A stretch of 64,000 bases of DNA from Chloroflexota bacterium. GTDB lineage: Bacteria; Chloroflexota; UBA11872. How positions within the stretch are numbered: the stretch's first letter is position 1; each line of letters starts with the position of its first letter. The stretch covers positions 321,396 through 385,395 of the forward strand of contig CBDEVI010000002.1 in NCBI GenBank assembly GCA_965243625.1. The letters run 5' to 3'. The translations under genes were made by a program, and so were the position numbers. Below, piece after piece: positions 1 through 10,443 of this stretch. The notes below the pieces were generated by a model. It saw only the letters and a list, made by a program, of their open reading frames with translations. It had not been told where the DNA came from and ran no database searches.

Positions 1-161
1 CGGATCGGTGAATGCCGTGCCGGGGCGCTCTAGGAGCTCGCGCCGCTCGTGCCGGATGGCGTCATCACGCAGCCAGAGCGCTGTGTCGAAGTAGCGGAGA
101 TAGCTGTCTTTGATCTCCCCGTACAGTTCAGAAGGCCCGACTCGGCTGCGTGGCTGGTCGG

Positions 162-3100
162 TCATTCTGATCGTCCCGACTGCTGTAGCCGCGACCACAA
201 GCCAGCCGCAATCCCAGGCGGCACGTTGGAGTAGCGCTGCGTCCCATCATTGAACCGACGCGGCGGTGAGCCGCTGCACAGCATGGCGACGCGCTCGTAC
301 AGGCCGGGTAGTTGCGCGCCCAGCCGTACGGCCAACTCGCACCGCTTGGGTTCGTAGGCCACCAGCGGGACTCCAGTCCTCAGCGACTCCAGGTGCTTGA
401 CCAGGTGCACGGTTCCAAGGCGAGCCGTAGCTCGGCTATTCGTGGTAGGTGGGACAAAAGCGTAGGTGCGCGGAAAGGAGTCCGTACGGTAGGCGCCTGG
501 CATCGTCGATTGATCTGTAGGTGCCCAACGCCCGGTCGTGATATCGAACCTTTCAACGTCACCATCCGGCAGATGCCACTTAGAGAGTACGTCGAGAAGC
601 TCTGTGATGGGCGGTAAACCGGTCAGGAGCCGCGCGGCAGCATCCTCGACCGAATGCACCGCGAAGCCAAGTGCATTGGTCGCTGACTCGGTGACGTAGG
701 CGCGCTCCTGATGTCGGAGCCCTCGTACCACGACCTGCGTTGGGGCACCGTGGACCTCTTCGCGTGCGAGCGAGCCTCCAAGAGCCTTAACGCTCGCCTT
801 CAGCCGGTCCAATAGCCGCCGGGATCGGAACCCTGCCAGGACGGCGGTGTCACGGTCTGGCAGTCCGACCAAGACTGGAGGTCCGACCGCCCAACGCTCC
901 ACTCTGAGAGTGGTGCGGTTGAGCTTCAATTCGATATGGCCAAGTCCTGCAAGTGTCCGAGCGAACTCGGATGCGAACCACGGCCGATCGTCGGCATTTC
1001 GGGCGAGCGCAACAAACGATGCCCATGTGCCTTCGTTGAGCAGGGATATGGCATTTAGCAAGGTATCCAGGTCCACCAGTGACTCATTGTCGATTGCTTC
1101 CACTACGACCTGCGGCAAGCGTGAGATCGGGCTTTCGGAGGCTTTTGAGACTACGCGGGCGCGAGCCGACTTAGGTTTTCGGGTCGGGCCGTGCCACCGA
1201 ACGAGCCCGCAGTGCTTGCAGCTTCCGCGCCTGCGACGCTTCTCGTTGGCCACACCCATTCCAAGGTCCCAATGATGCGCACCACCATCGAAGCATGGAG
1301 GTGCCAACCCGCTCCGTGCCCGCGAACTTCGGATCGGCGGCTCCTCCAACTCGTCCTTGTGATCGGCGTGATCTAGGTGGGTTGGCGGTAGTGGACCGAT
1401 CTGCTCGGGCTTACTGTCGAGTTCCACAAATCCGCCAGCCACCATGGGTCCCGTGGAAGCGGCGGTGCTATCGACGGCGGAAATGGCAGCCCAACGAGAG
1501 TCTTCATGAATCGGACGCCGCAAGCTCTTGATGGGGTCAGGAGGACCCGCTGTTTCGGCTGAACGAAGGCGAAGCGTCGATGACGCTATGGAGCGGGGGG
1601 ATCGTCGTGCTGACTTGTCGAGTTCATAGACTGCAACTCGATACTCACCCGGCGGAACCTCATGTTCCCGCAGCTGGACGACCCCCGACCTCAGGAATTG
1701 CCCTAGAGGCACCTCTGCTGCTTCCTGTTGAATTGGGTGCAGCACGGCGCAGATCGTTTTCTCAGTTCCCACCGAAAACGAAACTTCTGGCGGGAGTGCT
1801 GCGTGCCACGTGTTGCGCCTGGGAAGTGCGAGTCCTCCCGCGAAAGCGATGGCGGCCGACGCGCTTGGAATGAGCGGCTGTAAGTCGTCGGATGCGACAT
1901 CCGGGGCAGCCATAAGCGCTACACCTCGAATGAGCGTCCACCCTTCTGGGCAACCGATCATCGATTGCGCGTCGAACCTCTTCCATCCGGGCCGCGCGCA
2001 CTGCCGCACAAACTCCAGGACATTTCGTTCAAGCCTTGGGCGAACCAACAGTGTGTGACTCGCCGCGAGCGAGGCCCGATCAACTTCGACATGCCACTGC
2101 TGCCCTTGGTCAAAGGCGAGGATCACAATCTGCCTGGCGCGTCGCGCAAGCTCTGTCCGGCCTTCGCGATCTCGTAGCGTCATATTCGCAAGCAGCACAT
2201 CCGCCATGGAGATGCGGTCGCTCTCATCGAATTCGCCCCAGCCATCCAGGCCGGAGTCGATCAGTGTGACCGCGTTGTTGCACAGCTTGAGGGCTGCCTG
2301 GGTGGCCCCATCCGCGCCCGCACCAAGCGCGAGGCTTCTGTTGAGTCGGCTATCGGAGATGCGGACACGAAGATCCAAGTCGAGCCGCGGCCTGGGATGT
2401 GATCGAACACTTGCGACCAACCTGATCGGGACTCGTCTGAGCCCCTGAGCATCGTTCTGTGCGACCACTCCATCCCATGACTCGAGTTCATGGCAGGCAA
2501 CGGCGGCTATTCGCTCGCGCACATCACCGGGTGATCGCCAAAGATGGCGGAGCGAAACGGAGACGCTTGACCGCGCGATCCACTCATCGAGCAGTCCAAC
2601 CATCTCGCTCACCGGAAATGACCCAGAAGCCAACTCGTAGTGGGCAAAGAGTTCTGGAAGACGTCGGCGATCCTCTTCTCGGATGAGTGCCTGTGAGATC
2701 GGGATACTGACGTGCACTCGCCTGTCGAATGCAAAGGCCGTGGGCCAGCCTAGTCGTCCGTCTTCGTCGGTCAGCAGCTTGTTCAGAGCGTCCCAGAAGA
2801 TGTGTGACTGGTCCGCGAAGCCGCGTTGGATTTCCCTTTTACGCCGCTTGTTCCCCGCGACTCCTAGTGCCTGAGCTAGCCGCGCGTAGTAGTTCGCCTG
2901 ACTGAACTGCTCGTCACTCGCCATTGACGACGCGACTAGCGCGAAGAATGCCAGCAGTCCCAAGAATGGCGGTGGACCACTTTGGCCGCTTCGTATCCAC
3001 CGGTCGAGGCTCCGGGTGTGGATGTAGAAGGTCTGGTAGCCCGAGTCTGCCGCCATGAGGGTTCGGCCCACGGCCTCACTAAACGCCGCTTGAGGGTCCG

Positions 3101-3242
3101 AGATTTGCTCGTAGACTTGCGCAGCTATGCTCTCAAGCTTGCTCTTATCTAAGTCCAGGTAAAGCGGTCGATTGCGCCACTGACCCTCAAGATAGTGATT
3201 TGCGATCGCGTCGTTCCATGTTTGGTAATCGGTCGCACCCAC
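162..3242 (-). CDS. Large hypothetical protein of 1026 aa. No Walker motifs. One C-x2-C (CKHC) element. Possibly defence- or island-associated.
   Basis: Single uninterrupted ORF in a high-GC context with coding-like composition. No recognisable catalytic motif could be assigned by eye. It sits immediately beside the repeat/IS-rich accessory region. Confidence 0.55.
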   Translation of the reverse strand: MGATDYQTWNDAIANHYLEGQWRNRPLYLDLDKSKLESIAAQVYEQISDPQAAFSEAVGRTLMAADSGYQTFYIHTRSLDRWIRSGQSGPPPFLGLLAFFALVASSMASDEQFSQANYYARLAQALGVAGNKRRKREIQRGFADQSHIFWDALNKLLTDEDGRLGWPTAFAFDRRVHVSIPISQALIREEDRRRLPELFAHYELASGSFPVSEMVGLLDEWIARSSVSVSLRHLWRSPGDVRERIAAVACHELESWDGVVAQNDAQGLRRVPIRLVASVRSHPRPRLDLDLRVRISDSRLNRSLALGAGADGATQAALKLCNNAVTLIDSGLDGWGEFDESDRISMADVLLANMTLRDREGRTELARRARQIVILAFDQGQQWHVEVDRASLAASHTLLVRPRLERNVLEFVRQCARPGWKRFDAQSMIGCPEGWTLIRGVALMAAPDVASDDLQPLIPSASAAIAFAGGLALPRRNTWHAALPPEVSFSVGTEKTICAVLHPIQQEAAEVPLGQFLRSGVVQLREHEVPPGEYRVAVYELDKSARRSPRSIASSTLRLRSAETAGPPDPIKSLRRPIHEDSRWAAISAVDSTAASTGPMVAGGFVELDSKPEQIGPLPPTHLDHADHKDELEEPPIRSSRARSGLAPPCFDGGAHHWDLGMGVANEKRRRRGSCKHCGLVRWHGPTRKPKSARARVVSKASESPISRLPQVVVEAIDNESLVDLDTLLNAISLLNEGTWASFVALARNADDRPWFASEFARTLAGLGHIELKLNRTTLRVERWAVGPPVLVGLPDRDTAVLAGFRSRRLLDRLKASVKALGGSLAREEVHGAPTQVVVRGLRHQERAYVTESATNALGFAVHSVEDAAARLLTGLPPITELLDVLSKWHLPDGDVERFDITTGRWAPTDQSTMPGAYRTDSFPRTYAFVPPTTNSRATARLGTVHLVKHLESLRTGVPLVAYEPKRCELAVRLGAQLPGLYERVAMLCSGSPPRRFNDGTQRYSNVPPGIAAGLWSRLQQSGRSE

Positions 3243-4610
3243 GAACTTCCTCCTCGTCGGAGTTGCCCGAATCTCGAAAGCTCACGACGGATGTTGGAGC
3301 GTTTTGCCCGCCTAGCTGTAGTTCCTACTCACTCTCATTGACTCCGCTAGGGCCACTCTGTTCAAGGAGAGTTCGTTCGACGGCTCCATCTAAGGAGGAC
3401 CTCTTCGCATATCGTAGCGTTCGGCCGACAATCGGCGGCGGCTGGTTGCTGGTCCAACGGATCGCAGCTGAGGACTGGTGGGTGGCCCGAGCGACGGTAA
3501 TAGCGATTTGCCGGCCGCGTGGAATCCTCGACTGCCGGCGGGATTTGCGCCGCTGTCTACCGGTGCACGTGCCGAGCACCATCGACGGAGTCGGGTGACT
3601 GGGAGGCGGGGGCGGCATAGGACTGCCTAGAGATTTGGGCCGCCCTGGTCGGTGATCGACGCGAGTGGGCAGCACCTCGGTTGCCGCCGCAGCGCCGCTT
3701 TCGACCCGCGAGGCGGCAGCATATTCGCGATGCGCGAGATCACCCGCCAAGTCGGTGCAATTCGAGGTCAAGCTATTGGGCGTAGCCCGCCGGCGGCGGC
3801 AATCACCTGAAACCTCGCTTGCCGGCTACTTAGCCCGCGCCGGGAATGGCCATAGGCATCGGCATGTACGGTGCTCTTGATTGCGCCTCGCTCTGGGCTA
3901 GCGCCGAGATTCTTCCTACTAGGGCCCCGGCATGGTGGCGTTCATCGGGCGAGTTGTTGTCTCGTCTGCGGCCCATCACCTCGACGTCAAGAGCCTGCTG
4001 ACCTACGCCATCGCCGGGTCTGCCCAAGGGCCCGATGTGCGACCGATGCGCGTCCGCGACGGTTGCCACAGGGAGCGATGGCTGTGTTGTAGACGGCGAC
4101 TACCAATCCATCCCCGAGGGGTACTAGCCCCCCGCTTCGCCCGCCTCTTGATTCCTCGCTTTACGGACTTGCGCAGCGATCTGGCCCTCTACCTCCGCAA
4201 CTACCACCACGACTGCGCCCGCACCGAGCGCAGGACTCGAAGACCCGCTCGCGTCCAGGAATTGGGTGCCGCCAAAACGCGACCGGAGCGGCCGTCGAGA
4301 CGAGGACGACCCGTCGCAATACCTCGGAAAGAGCACGAGCAAGTGGCACGCGCAGCGCCGGTGGGCGCCCAGCTAGAGGCGTGAGGAGGACTCGAACCGC
4401 CAAGCTTTGACCAAGGCCCGCCGTACGCAGACCAGGTGGGGTGGTTGCGCGGCTTCGCTGTGTGGCCCATGGCGTGGCATGCAGGCAGCCCCCGTCTGGT
4501 CTGAGGATTACGGAAAACTTGCTCGGCATCACGGAATCCAGACGGTTGAATGGACAAGAGAGTCCACTCAGCCCCTCTCGTCGAGCCAGGAGCACTAGGC
4601 AGCGTAGTCG

Positions 4611-5066
4611 ATGCCGGGACACCTCCCTGCTAAGTCCGGCCCCGGGCGCCGACCGCGGGCGGACTGGGAACGACGAGTGGAGCACGCGATTCGCCACCTG
4701 CGGAGCGCGTGGGATCTCCAGGACAACTCTCTGTGCCGACTTGCTTCGGTTCAGGACCGGGCTTCTCGCTCATACCGCGGGCGACCGGGCGCTGACGCGC
4801 TGGCCCTCCGCGATCTAGTTGAGGAGGCGGTCAGGCTGGCCGGCGATCTCCTAGCGCCCCCATACGAGACGTTTCTTCGCCGTTGGGTGGCAACGGGCAA
4901 TATCGCGGCCGTGGCGCGCGAGATGGGCAAGGACCGCTCGCACCTGTCGCGGGACTATCGACCGAGGGTTGTCATGGTCGTCACCGAAGTGTTCATGAGT
5001 CTCACGGGCAATGGTGAGCGCCGTAGGCGGAGGACGCTCCCGAGCCCTGCCCAGCGCGTCCATTAG
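4611..5066 (+). CDS. Small HTH protein, resembling sigma-70 region-4 / ECF-sigma C-terminal domain (copy 1 of a duplicated unit). The true start is probably internal, a GTG near 4680.
   Basis: Motif ...ALALRDLVEEAV...YETFLRRWVATGNIAAVAREMGKDRSHLSR... is a typical HTH. A paralogue at ~88% aa identity lies at 16097-16600 in the same position relative to the structured repeat. Confidence 0.4.
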   Translation: MPGHLPAKSGPGRRPRADWERRVEHAIRHLRSAWDLQDNSLCRLASVQDRASRSYRGRPGADALALRDLVEEAVRLAGDLLAPPYETFLRRWVATGNIAAVAREMGKDRSHLSRDYRPRVVMVVTEVFMSLTGNGERRRRRTLPSPAQRVH

Positions 5067-5307
5067 GGTCCGTCGCCGGCTAGGCATCGTCCCATTGCTC
5101 GGGAGCGGTAGGTCCTGACTGCACCCCAGTAACTCGATCAGCGACTCGACCGCGTCTTAGTGTCCCGCTGCAGAGCGACCCATCAATTGTGTGCGACGCC
5201 TCCAGGATCGATTCCCCTACAGCCGCCGCGCGAGACCTTGGTCGGAGCAGTGCTTTGGCGGTGGAGTAGGCGCCCACCGTAGGAACGTGGCTCGCAAATG
5301 GAAGTAC

Positions 5308-5500
5308 AATTAGGGGCGTATTGGACGCAGATTTCAAAAAAGAGCGACAGCAAGCCTTCAGGGCTAGCGCGACCGGGAAATCGGTGTCGCAAACCTGTTA
5401 GAGCGCGAATCTCGGCGAGTTTCGGACTTTGCGTGCTTCCAAGCTGGAAGCTGCGGATTCGAGTCCCATCCTCTGCTCCTAGTTCGGTCCAATCAGCCGA
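5308..5500 (+). repeat. Structured ~180-nt repeat, copy A (GGGGCGTATTGGACGCAGATTTC...GGATTCGAGTCCC). tRNA-like T-arm. Candidate ncRNA or integration (att) target.
   Basis: Near-identical to copies at 10048-10200 and 16868-17030. Internal hairpins (GCGACCGG/CGGTGTCGC, CTCGgCGAG) and a TTCGAG T-loop-like motif are conserved. Confidence 0.5.
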
Positions 5501-6317
5501 CTCTTGCCTACTCACGACATCTAGCCTTCCTTCCGTTCCTCCAACGCCCGCGCAACGCTTGGTTCACGGTCGCGCAACGCCGTGGTGCACCGGGCGACTT
5601 GCAGTTGTACGCGCAATCAGGGCACCGTCGCGGCATCGCTGGCCAGCACCATGCCCTACTATCTGCCGACGTCACTGGGCAGGGCAGTTTCCCGGAGGAC
5701 GTCCGCCTCAATCGAGAGAACTTGGTGCGGTTCAGGGCGTTCCCGGGCGGCGAACCGATCGTCGGCGAATTCACGCTTGAGGGCATCCTGCGGTGTTAGC
5801 CGCACCTGCAGCATCTACGGTGGCAGGCCAGTCCACTAGGCTTGCGAGCGTCAGGACAATTGAGTCCGTTTCAGAATCGCCATTGACGATTCACGTCGCT
5901 CAGGCGAGACCCGAGCAGGTTGATTGAAACTCCGGCGTCGAGTCGATACGGAACGCAGTGTGGGAGCAGTGTCCAGGGATCGCGTTGTCTGACAGCAGAG
6001 GGCGGTGCCTCGATTCCACTTTCTTATTTGATACCTACGAAATGACCGCTGCACCGGTCCGTGTGGAGAGCCCAGACTGCTGCCAGCTGTCGCGTCAGTT
6101 CGCGTAGTTTGCACTGTCCTGTCGCAGACGTTCATGTTCCCCGCGTCATGCAGTGTTGCCCAATACAAGGTCGCAACCGACCGGGTCGAGATGAGTGGCG
6201 ATGCGTCGGGTGTTGCCGCGACTAGGTTACGGATAGATACGAATCTGGGCCAAGCCTTGCCCGCGACAAGTAGGCTGTGTCACCATTTCGCGATCCAGCG
6301 TATCTTGTTCGACGGGA

Positions 6318-6590
6318 GTGGAGAATCGAATGAAGTTCAAAGAGGTCGTTTCAGCGAGTGACTGGAAGCATCGACCGCAGCGGTCACGGCGCATTAACCC
6401 TGAGATTCGCGAGATTGTCAGCCGCCTGGATAAGACATCGGGTGGGGAATGGGTGGTCATCAGCCTCACGGAGCAGGAGAAGAAACGCCAGCCCACGATT
6501 CGCGGCCGGATCCAATCGGCGGCAGCACAGATGGGCTTCAACGTAAGGTTTGAGATGCGGGCGGGTGACTTGGGCGTACAGAAGGCGTAG
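6318..6590 (+). CDS. Hypothetical small protein (~86 aa from ATG 6330) in a lower-GC patch.
   Basis: GGAG sits 9 nt upstream of ATG at 6330. The local GC drop (5850-6600) suggests foreign origin. No homology recognised. Confidence 0.3.
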   Translation: MENRMKFKEVVSASDWKHRPQRSRRINPEIREIVSRLDKTSGGEWVVISLTEQEKKRQPTIRGRIQSAAAQMGFNVRFEMRAGDLGVQKA

Positions 6591-7101
6591 GCCACCGTCG
6601 GCGGCGATTGGTCGTCGCAGTTAGACACGGTGTCAGGTCAGGGCTCGCACAGCGTTTAGCAGAGCGGATTCGAAACGGTCGAGCTTGCGTAATTCCATCG
6701 GGCTGTGGGTGCTCGGGTGTTTGCCCCTGGGGACTGGCGCACCTTGGGCTCGTGAAGTGGACGTTGCATGCCGGTGTGACCAAGGCGGTAAAGGCGTCGA
6801 GCTGGGGTGCTGCTATTGCTCGAACGGCTTCCGGCCGGGATGCAGGCTCAAGGGCAAGAACTTAGCTGGCGCCGGCGGGGAGCTCTATCGCCGGCGACGG
6901 GTGGACGATCGTTCGGCAGATTGCCGGGTCTTCGGCCAAGATCGCGTCGACCCGCCGAGCGCTACCAATCTCGCCGACTCCCGGAGTGCACTCCTTCTGT
7001 GGGTGAAGCCCTCGTGGCCGTTGCGAATGTGCGGAGTACCGACCACATGGCAGCAGCAATGCGGGAGGGCGAGGCAGGGCCGGCAGAAGCACCGGCTGAC
7101 T

Positions 7102-7305
7102 TTACGGACGATCACCTAGCGTAGTTGCACCACATCCATGAAGCGATGGGTGCCGAGCGCTCGGGGGATTCGGGCCTGGCGCAACGGCCACGAGGTCGGC
7201 AATGTCGTAGGCCGGGTAGTCCGGGGGCAGCCAGTCCCGCAAATCCGGGGGCAGCCGCAGGGTCTGGTTGGGCTCGTAGGGGCGGAAGGTCGTCGGCATG
7301 GGCAA
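7102..7305 (-). pseudogene. IS1182-family (IS5 superfamily) transposase, N-terminal fragment.
   Basis: Translation MPMPTTFRPYEPNQTLRLPPDLRDWLPPDYPAYDIADLV matches the conserved IS1182 N-terminus (Y-x-PNQ-x-LLP...L-x-DWLPED). The ORF terminates after 67 aa and the downstream frames are degenerate. Confidence 0.55.
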
Positions 7306-7410
7306 TCTGCTCAGTCAACGGCTTGACCGATGATCCCCTGTTTCTACGGCGCAGACTCCTAGGTCGGCGAAACAGCGCCGACCGCCTGTCCAAAGGCATA
7401 TGACAGAATT

Positions 7411-7881
7411 CTATTTTGCGCAGAATTCACTAACAGATGCGTAGACAATAACGCCGGTAAACAAGACTGAATAGATAGCTGGTAGCGCCTTCTCGACGTG
7501 GGTCAACTTCCAATATCTGTTGCTCTTGACACCCGTGGATAGCGGGTCCCACTCATCCGTAAAAAACGCAAATTCCAGCTTTGTCTCCAATTCGTGCAGC
7601 ACTCTAAACTTATTGCTGTTAAGCTGCTTATAGGATTGGATGATGACAACCCATGCACCAGACAAGCAAAGCCCGATTATGCCAATCACCAAAAGGACTA
7701 TAAATTCTGACACTTGTCCACTCCCGAACCTAAGTAGTGCGGCGATGAATACTATTAGTCCTGTAAGTAGACCAGCAAATAATCGGTTAGCCGAATCACG
7801 TCGTTGACTCACACGGTCAGCAAGCTCTGAGTGAAGTTTGTAAATCTCTAAGAGTTGATTCTGTGAGGAATCAGCCACCAT
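7411..7881 (-). CDS. Small membrane protein of 156 aa with 2-3 TM helices (SLATT-like pore/effector candidate). Translationally coupled to the upstream TIR-like gene.
   Basis: Hydrophobic segments LFAGLLTGLIVFIAALL, FIVLLVIGIIGLCLSGAWVVII and AIYSVLFTGVIVYASV. The start overlaps the TIR gene stop (TAATG). Low GC (~45%) against a ~68% background. Confidence 0.6.
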   Translation of the reverse strand: MVADSSQNQLLEIYKLHSELADRVSQRRDSANRLFAGLLTGLIVFIAALLRFGSGQVSEFIVLLVIGIIGLCLSGAWVVIIQSYKQLNSNKFRVLHELETKLEFAFFTDEWDPLSTGVKSNRYWKLTHVEKALPAIYSVLFTGVIVYASVSEFCAK

Positions 7882-8294
7882 TAGCTTCCAAGTCTACGAA
7901 TTGCCCCGACAATACTCTCGGTATTCCAGCCCACGATTTCATCGGCCGCTTCCTGTACTCGTTGTGAAATCCGCTTATTCCCCCATGGTCTGATAGCCAA
8001 GATCGGTTTTGGATCACTAAAGTCATTCTGGGCAATATCGATTTCCTTATCGATCCACTTGCTATACGACGCGTATACGCCAGCCAAGACGACGATAACA
8101 TGGCAAGGGCGCATGTGGTTCCATATGGCGGCTTCCAGCTCTTTGTCGGTTCCGCTAGTATGAACGGGGTCATCTTTGGGTACTGAGTAGTCGATATAGC
8201 TAAAATAGTTGCGATTGTCGAGGAGGTTCAGAAGGCCTTCGCGCGCGTCTGAATAGTTCCATGAATGGCTAATGAACAGATTGTAGGTCTTCAT
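7881..8294 (-). CDS. TIR-like domain protein (DUF1863 / ThsB-like), 137 aa.
   Basis: N-terminal MKTYNLFISHSWNYSD... and overall alpha/beta pattern typical of prokaryotic TIR-like DUF1863. Perfect AGGAGG RBS upstream. Low-GC islet. Confidence 0.75.
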   Translation of the reverse strand: MKTYNLFISHSWNYSDAREGLLNLLDNRNYFSYIDYSVPKDDPVHTSGTDKELEAAIWNHMRPCHVIVVLAGVYASYSKWIDKEIDIAQNDFSDPKPILAIRPWGNKRISQRVQEAADEIVGWNTESIVGAIRRLGS

Positions 8295-8412
8295 CCGAAT
8301 ATGCCTCCTGGCGTGGTGAGCGAGACGAGGAGCGCTCGCTTGGTTTGCGAGGTCTAATGTATACCGTACAGAATGCTAACACACCGCTACGCGAAACCGC
8401 CGAACGTCTAGG

Positions 8413-9600
8413 AAACCTTTGAACAACTGGGGCATTTGAGCACCAGGGCGCTTGGGCGGGGGCGGGATCGCTGCCTGGGGCGACGCGCTGGCTCGATCCG
8501 CCATGTCAACCTACCGCGAGGGTGTGATCGTCCCCGCGCGGGGCGCAGTGCGCCCGCTTAGGCCGGTGCGGTCCGTTCCGCCAGCAGCAGATTGGCGAAC
8601 CCGAACAACAGTCACAGCCGGGTGCGGTTCTTGGCCAAGCCCCGATACCGCACCTGCCCGTAGCCGAAGTGCCGCTTCACATACAGGAACGGATGCTCCA
8701 CCTTCGCCCGGATGGAAGCCTTGCGCTGCTCCGCCTCAGCGGCGGCGCTGCCGGGCGGCAAGCGCCGCCGCTTCCCCCGGCGTAACGCCACCTGCTAGTC
8801 GATCGCCCGCCCCCGATGCTCCGGACGCCGGGCGACCCCCTCGTACCCCGCATCGCCCCACACACGCGTCTCGGCGCCGTGCAGGAGCTGTGGCACTTGC
8901 GTGATATCCGCCATGTTGGCCGCCGTCGTCGCCACGCGGTGCACCAGGCCCGTCTCGGCGTCCACTCCGATGTGCGCCTTCATGCCGAAATACCACTGCT
9001 GGCCCTTCTTCACCTGATGCATCTCGGGGTCCCGCGCCTGCGCGCGGTTCTTCGTCGACGCCGGCGCGTCGAGGATCGTCGCGTCCACGATGGTCCCTTC
9101 GCGCAGCCGCAGGCCCTGCGACGCCAAGTGCTGCGTGATCTCCGCCAGCAGCCCCGCGCCCAGGTCGTGCCGTTCCAGCAGGTGCCGAAAATGGAGGATG
9201 GTGGTCTCATCGGGCCGCGGGTCCCGCGCGGTCAGCCCCACAAACCGCTGCACCGCCACGCTGTCGTAGAGTGCGTCTTCCATCGCCGGGTCGCTCAGGT
9301 TGTAGAACAACTGCACGCAGTGAATCCGCAGCATCACGGCCAGCGGGTAGGGCGACCGCCCGCACGCGCCCGCGGGGTAGACCGGGCGGATGCGCGATTC
9401 CAGCCGCGCCCACGGCAGCAGCGATGCCATGCGCTGGAGAAAGCGCTCCCGCCGCGTCTGGCGCGGCTGGCCGTCATACTCCACGTCGGCAAATGAGCGT
9501 TGCGGCAACATCAGGGCCCTCACCGGCTATCGGTCGCCCCTGAGCATAGGCCCTGCCCACGGGCCGCGACCCGCGACTAAATCAGAGGTTTCCTAGGGCC
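8413..9600 (-). mobile_element. IS5-family insertion sequence of ~1.19 kb with ~15-bp terminal inverted repeats. The transposase is inactivated.
   Basis: Inverted-repeat cores CTAGGAAACCTTTGA (8413-8427) and CTAGGAAACCTCTGA (reverse strand, 9582-9596), one mismatch. Internal DDE transposase reading frame. Confidence 0.65.
8480..9523 (-). pseudogene. IS5-family DDE transposase disrupted by in-frame stops.
   Basis: Translation carries ...GRAID*QVALRRGKRRRLP... with TAG in place of the conserved Trp, and ...VEHPFLYVKRHFGYGQVRYRGLAKNRTRL*LLFGFANLL.... These are conserved IS5 C-terminal motifs interrupted by stops. Confidence 0.65.
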
Positions 9601-10047
9601 GATCACGTCGACCGGCAACGCACATAACCGGCACCTGCGCGCCGAGGGCGCCAGACACGACTGCCACCCGCCGCGAGCGCCAGCCCGGATGGACGGCGGG
9701 CTCAGGAGGATGCGCGGGACACCGGTGTGCGGCGGCTCCCGACGCCATCAACCCGAGCCGCTTCACGGGGACACTCCCGGCGAAGCACGGACATGCGGCA
9801 GACCCTTTGGCGATCTGAAGAAACTTGAGTGACAAGCCGTCGCCACAGCGCTCCGGTTCGTCCATCTCTTCCCGCCCCGGAGCGCGGTTGCCGCGGCCGC
9901 GCCTGGTGCGAACGCGGCCGCTTGGCCGCCGGTCCTCCATAGCAGTTGTCTTGAGTGGCCCTCGTGCGAGCCGGGTCACGCAGGCGGTGGAGAGGTCGCT
10001 TGCGGACGCCCTCCTTGGAGAAATGACGCTCGCGCAAAGGGCGTACA

Positions 10048-10200
10048 ATTGGGTGCGTATTGGACGCAGATTTCACAAAAGAGCGAGAGCAAGCCTTCAG
10101 GGCCAGCGCGGCCGGGAAAACGGTGTCGCAAACCTGTTAGAGCGTGAATTTCGGCGAGTTTCGGACTTTGCGTGCTTCCAAGCACGATGTGCCCTGCTGG
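10048..10200 (+). repeat. Structured repeat copy B (5' part only; T-arm absent).
   Basis: ~90% identical to copies A and C over ~150 nt, then diverges at ...TTCCAAGC. Confidence 0.5.
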
Positions 10201-10443
10201 CAGGCCGATCGGTCAGGTAGCAATTAAATCACCAGTCTTCTGATTGCAGTAGCCCTGGAAAGCCCCCGTCTTTGGTCGCTGCGGATTGGCGCTGCTTCGG
10301 CGCAGTGTCAACCGCGGGCCTCCAGCCCTATGCAGTTTGGCACCGGCCTTGGCCACTAGAGTACTCGAACGACTCGGAGTTCCGCTTCACCTAAACGCAG
10401 AATCTCGGCTCCTATCTACCTCCTAGGCTCACGAGAAGAAGAT

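Noticed and set aside
3243-4400. ORFs 3325-3771 (-), 3932-4384 (+) and others in the 1.3-kb gap upstream of the 1026-aa gene
   Set aside because: Low-complexity, mutually overlapping, no RBS or motif support. The region is more likely a regulatory/non-coding leader or decayed DNA.
4370-4470. Possible minus-strand tRNA (plus strand reads TGGCGTGAGGAGGACTCGAACCGCC)
   Set aside because: The T-arm would have a mismatch. No complementary 5' acceptor strand (GGCGTGA) or anticodon stem could be found at tRNA-compatible distances.
5308-5500. Structured repeat as a tmRNA (ssrA) gene
   Set aside because: It begins with GGGG and ends with a T-arm-like motif, and its acceptor-like ends can pair. But the unit is only ~175 nt. 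It has no UUCGAC-type 5' domain, no tag-peptide reading frame ending in a hydrophobic tail plus stop, and no pseudoknot-rich central region. Three paralogous copies are also atypical for ssrA.
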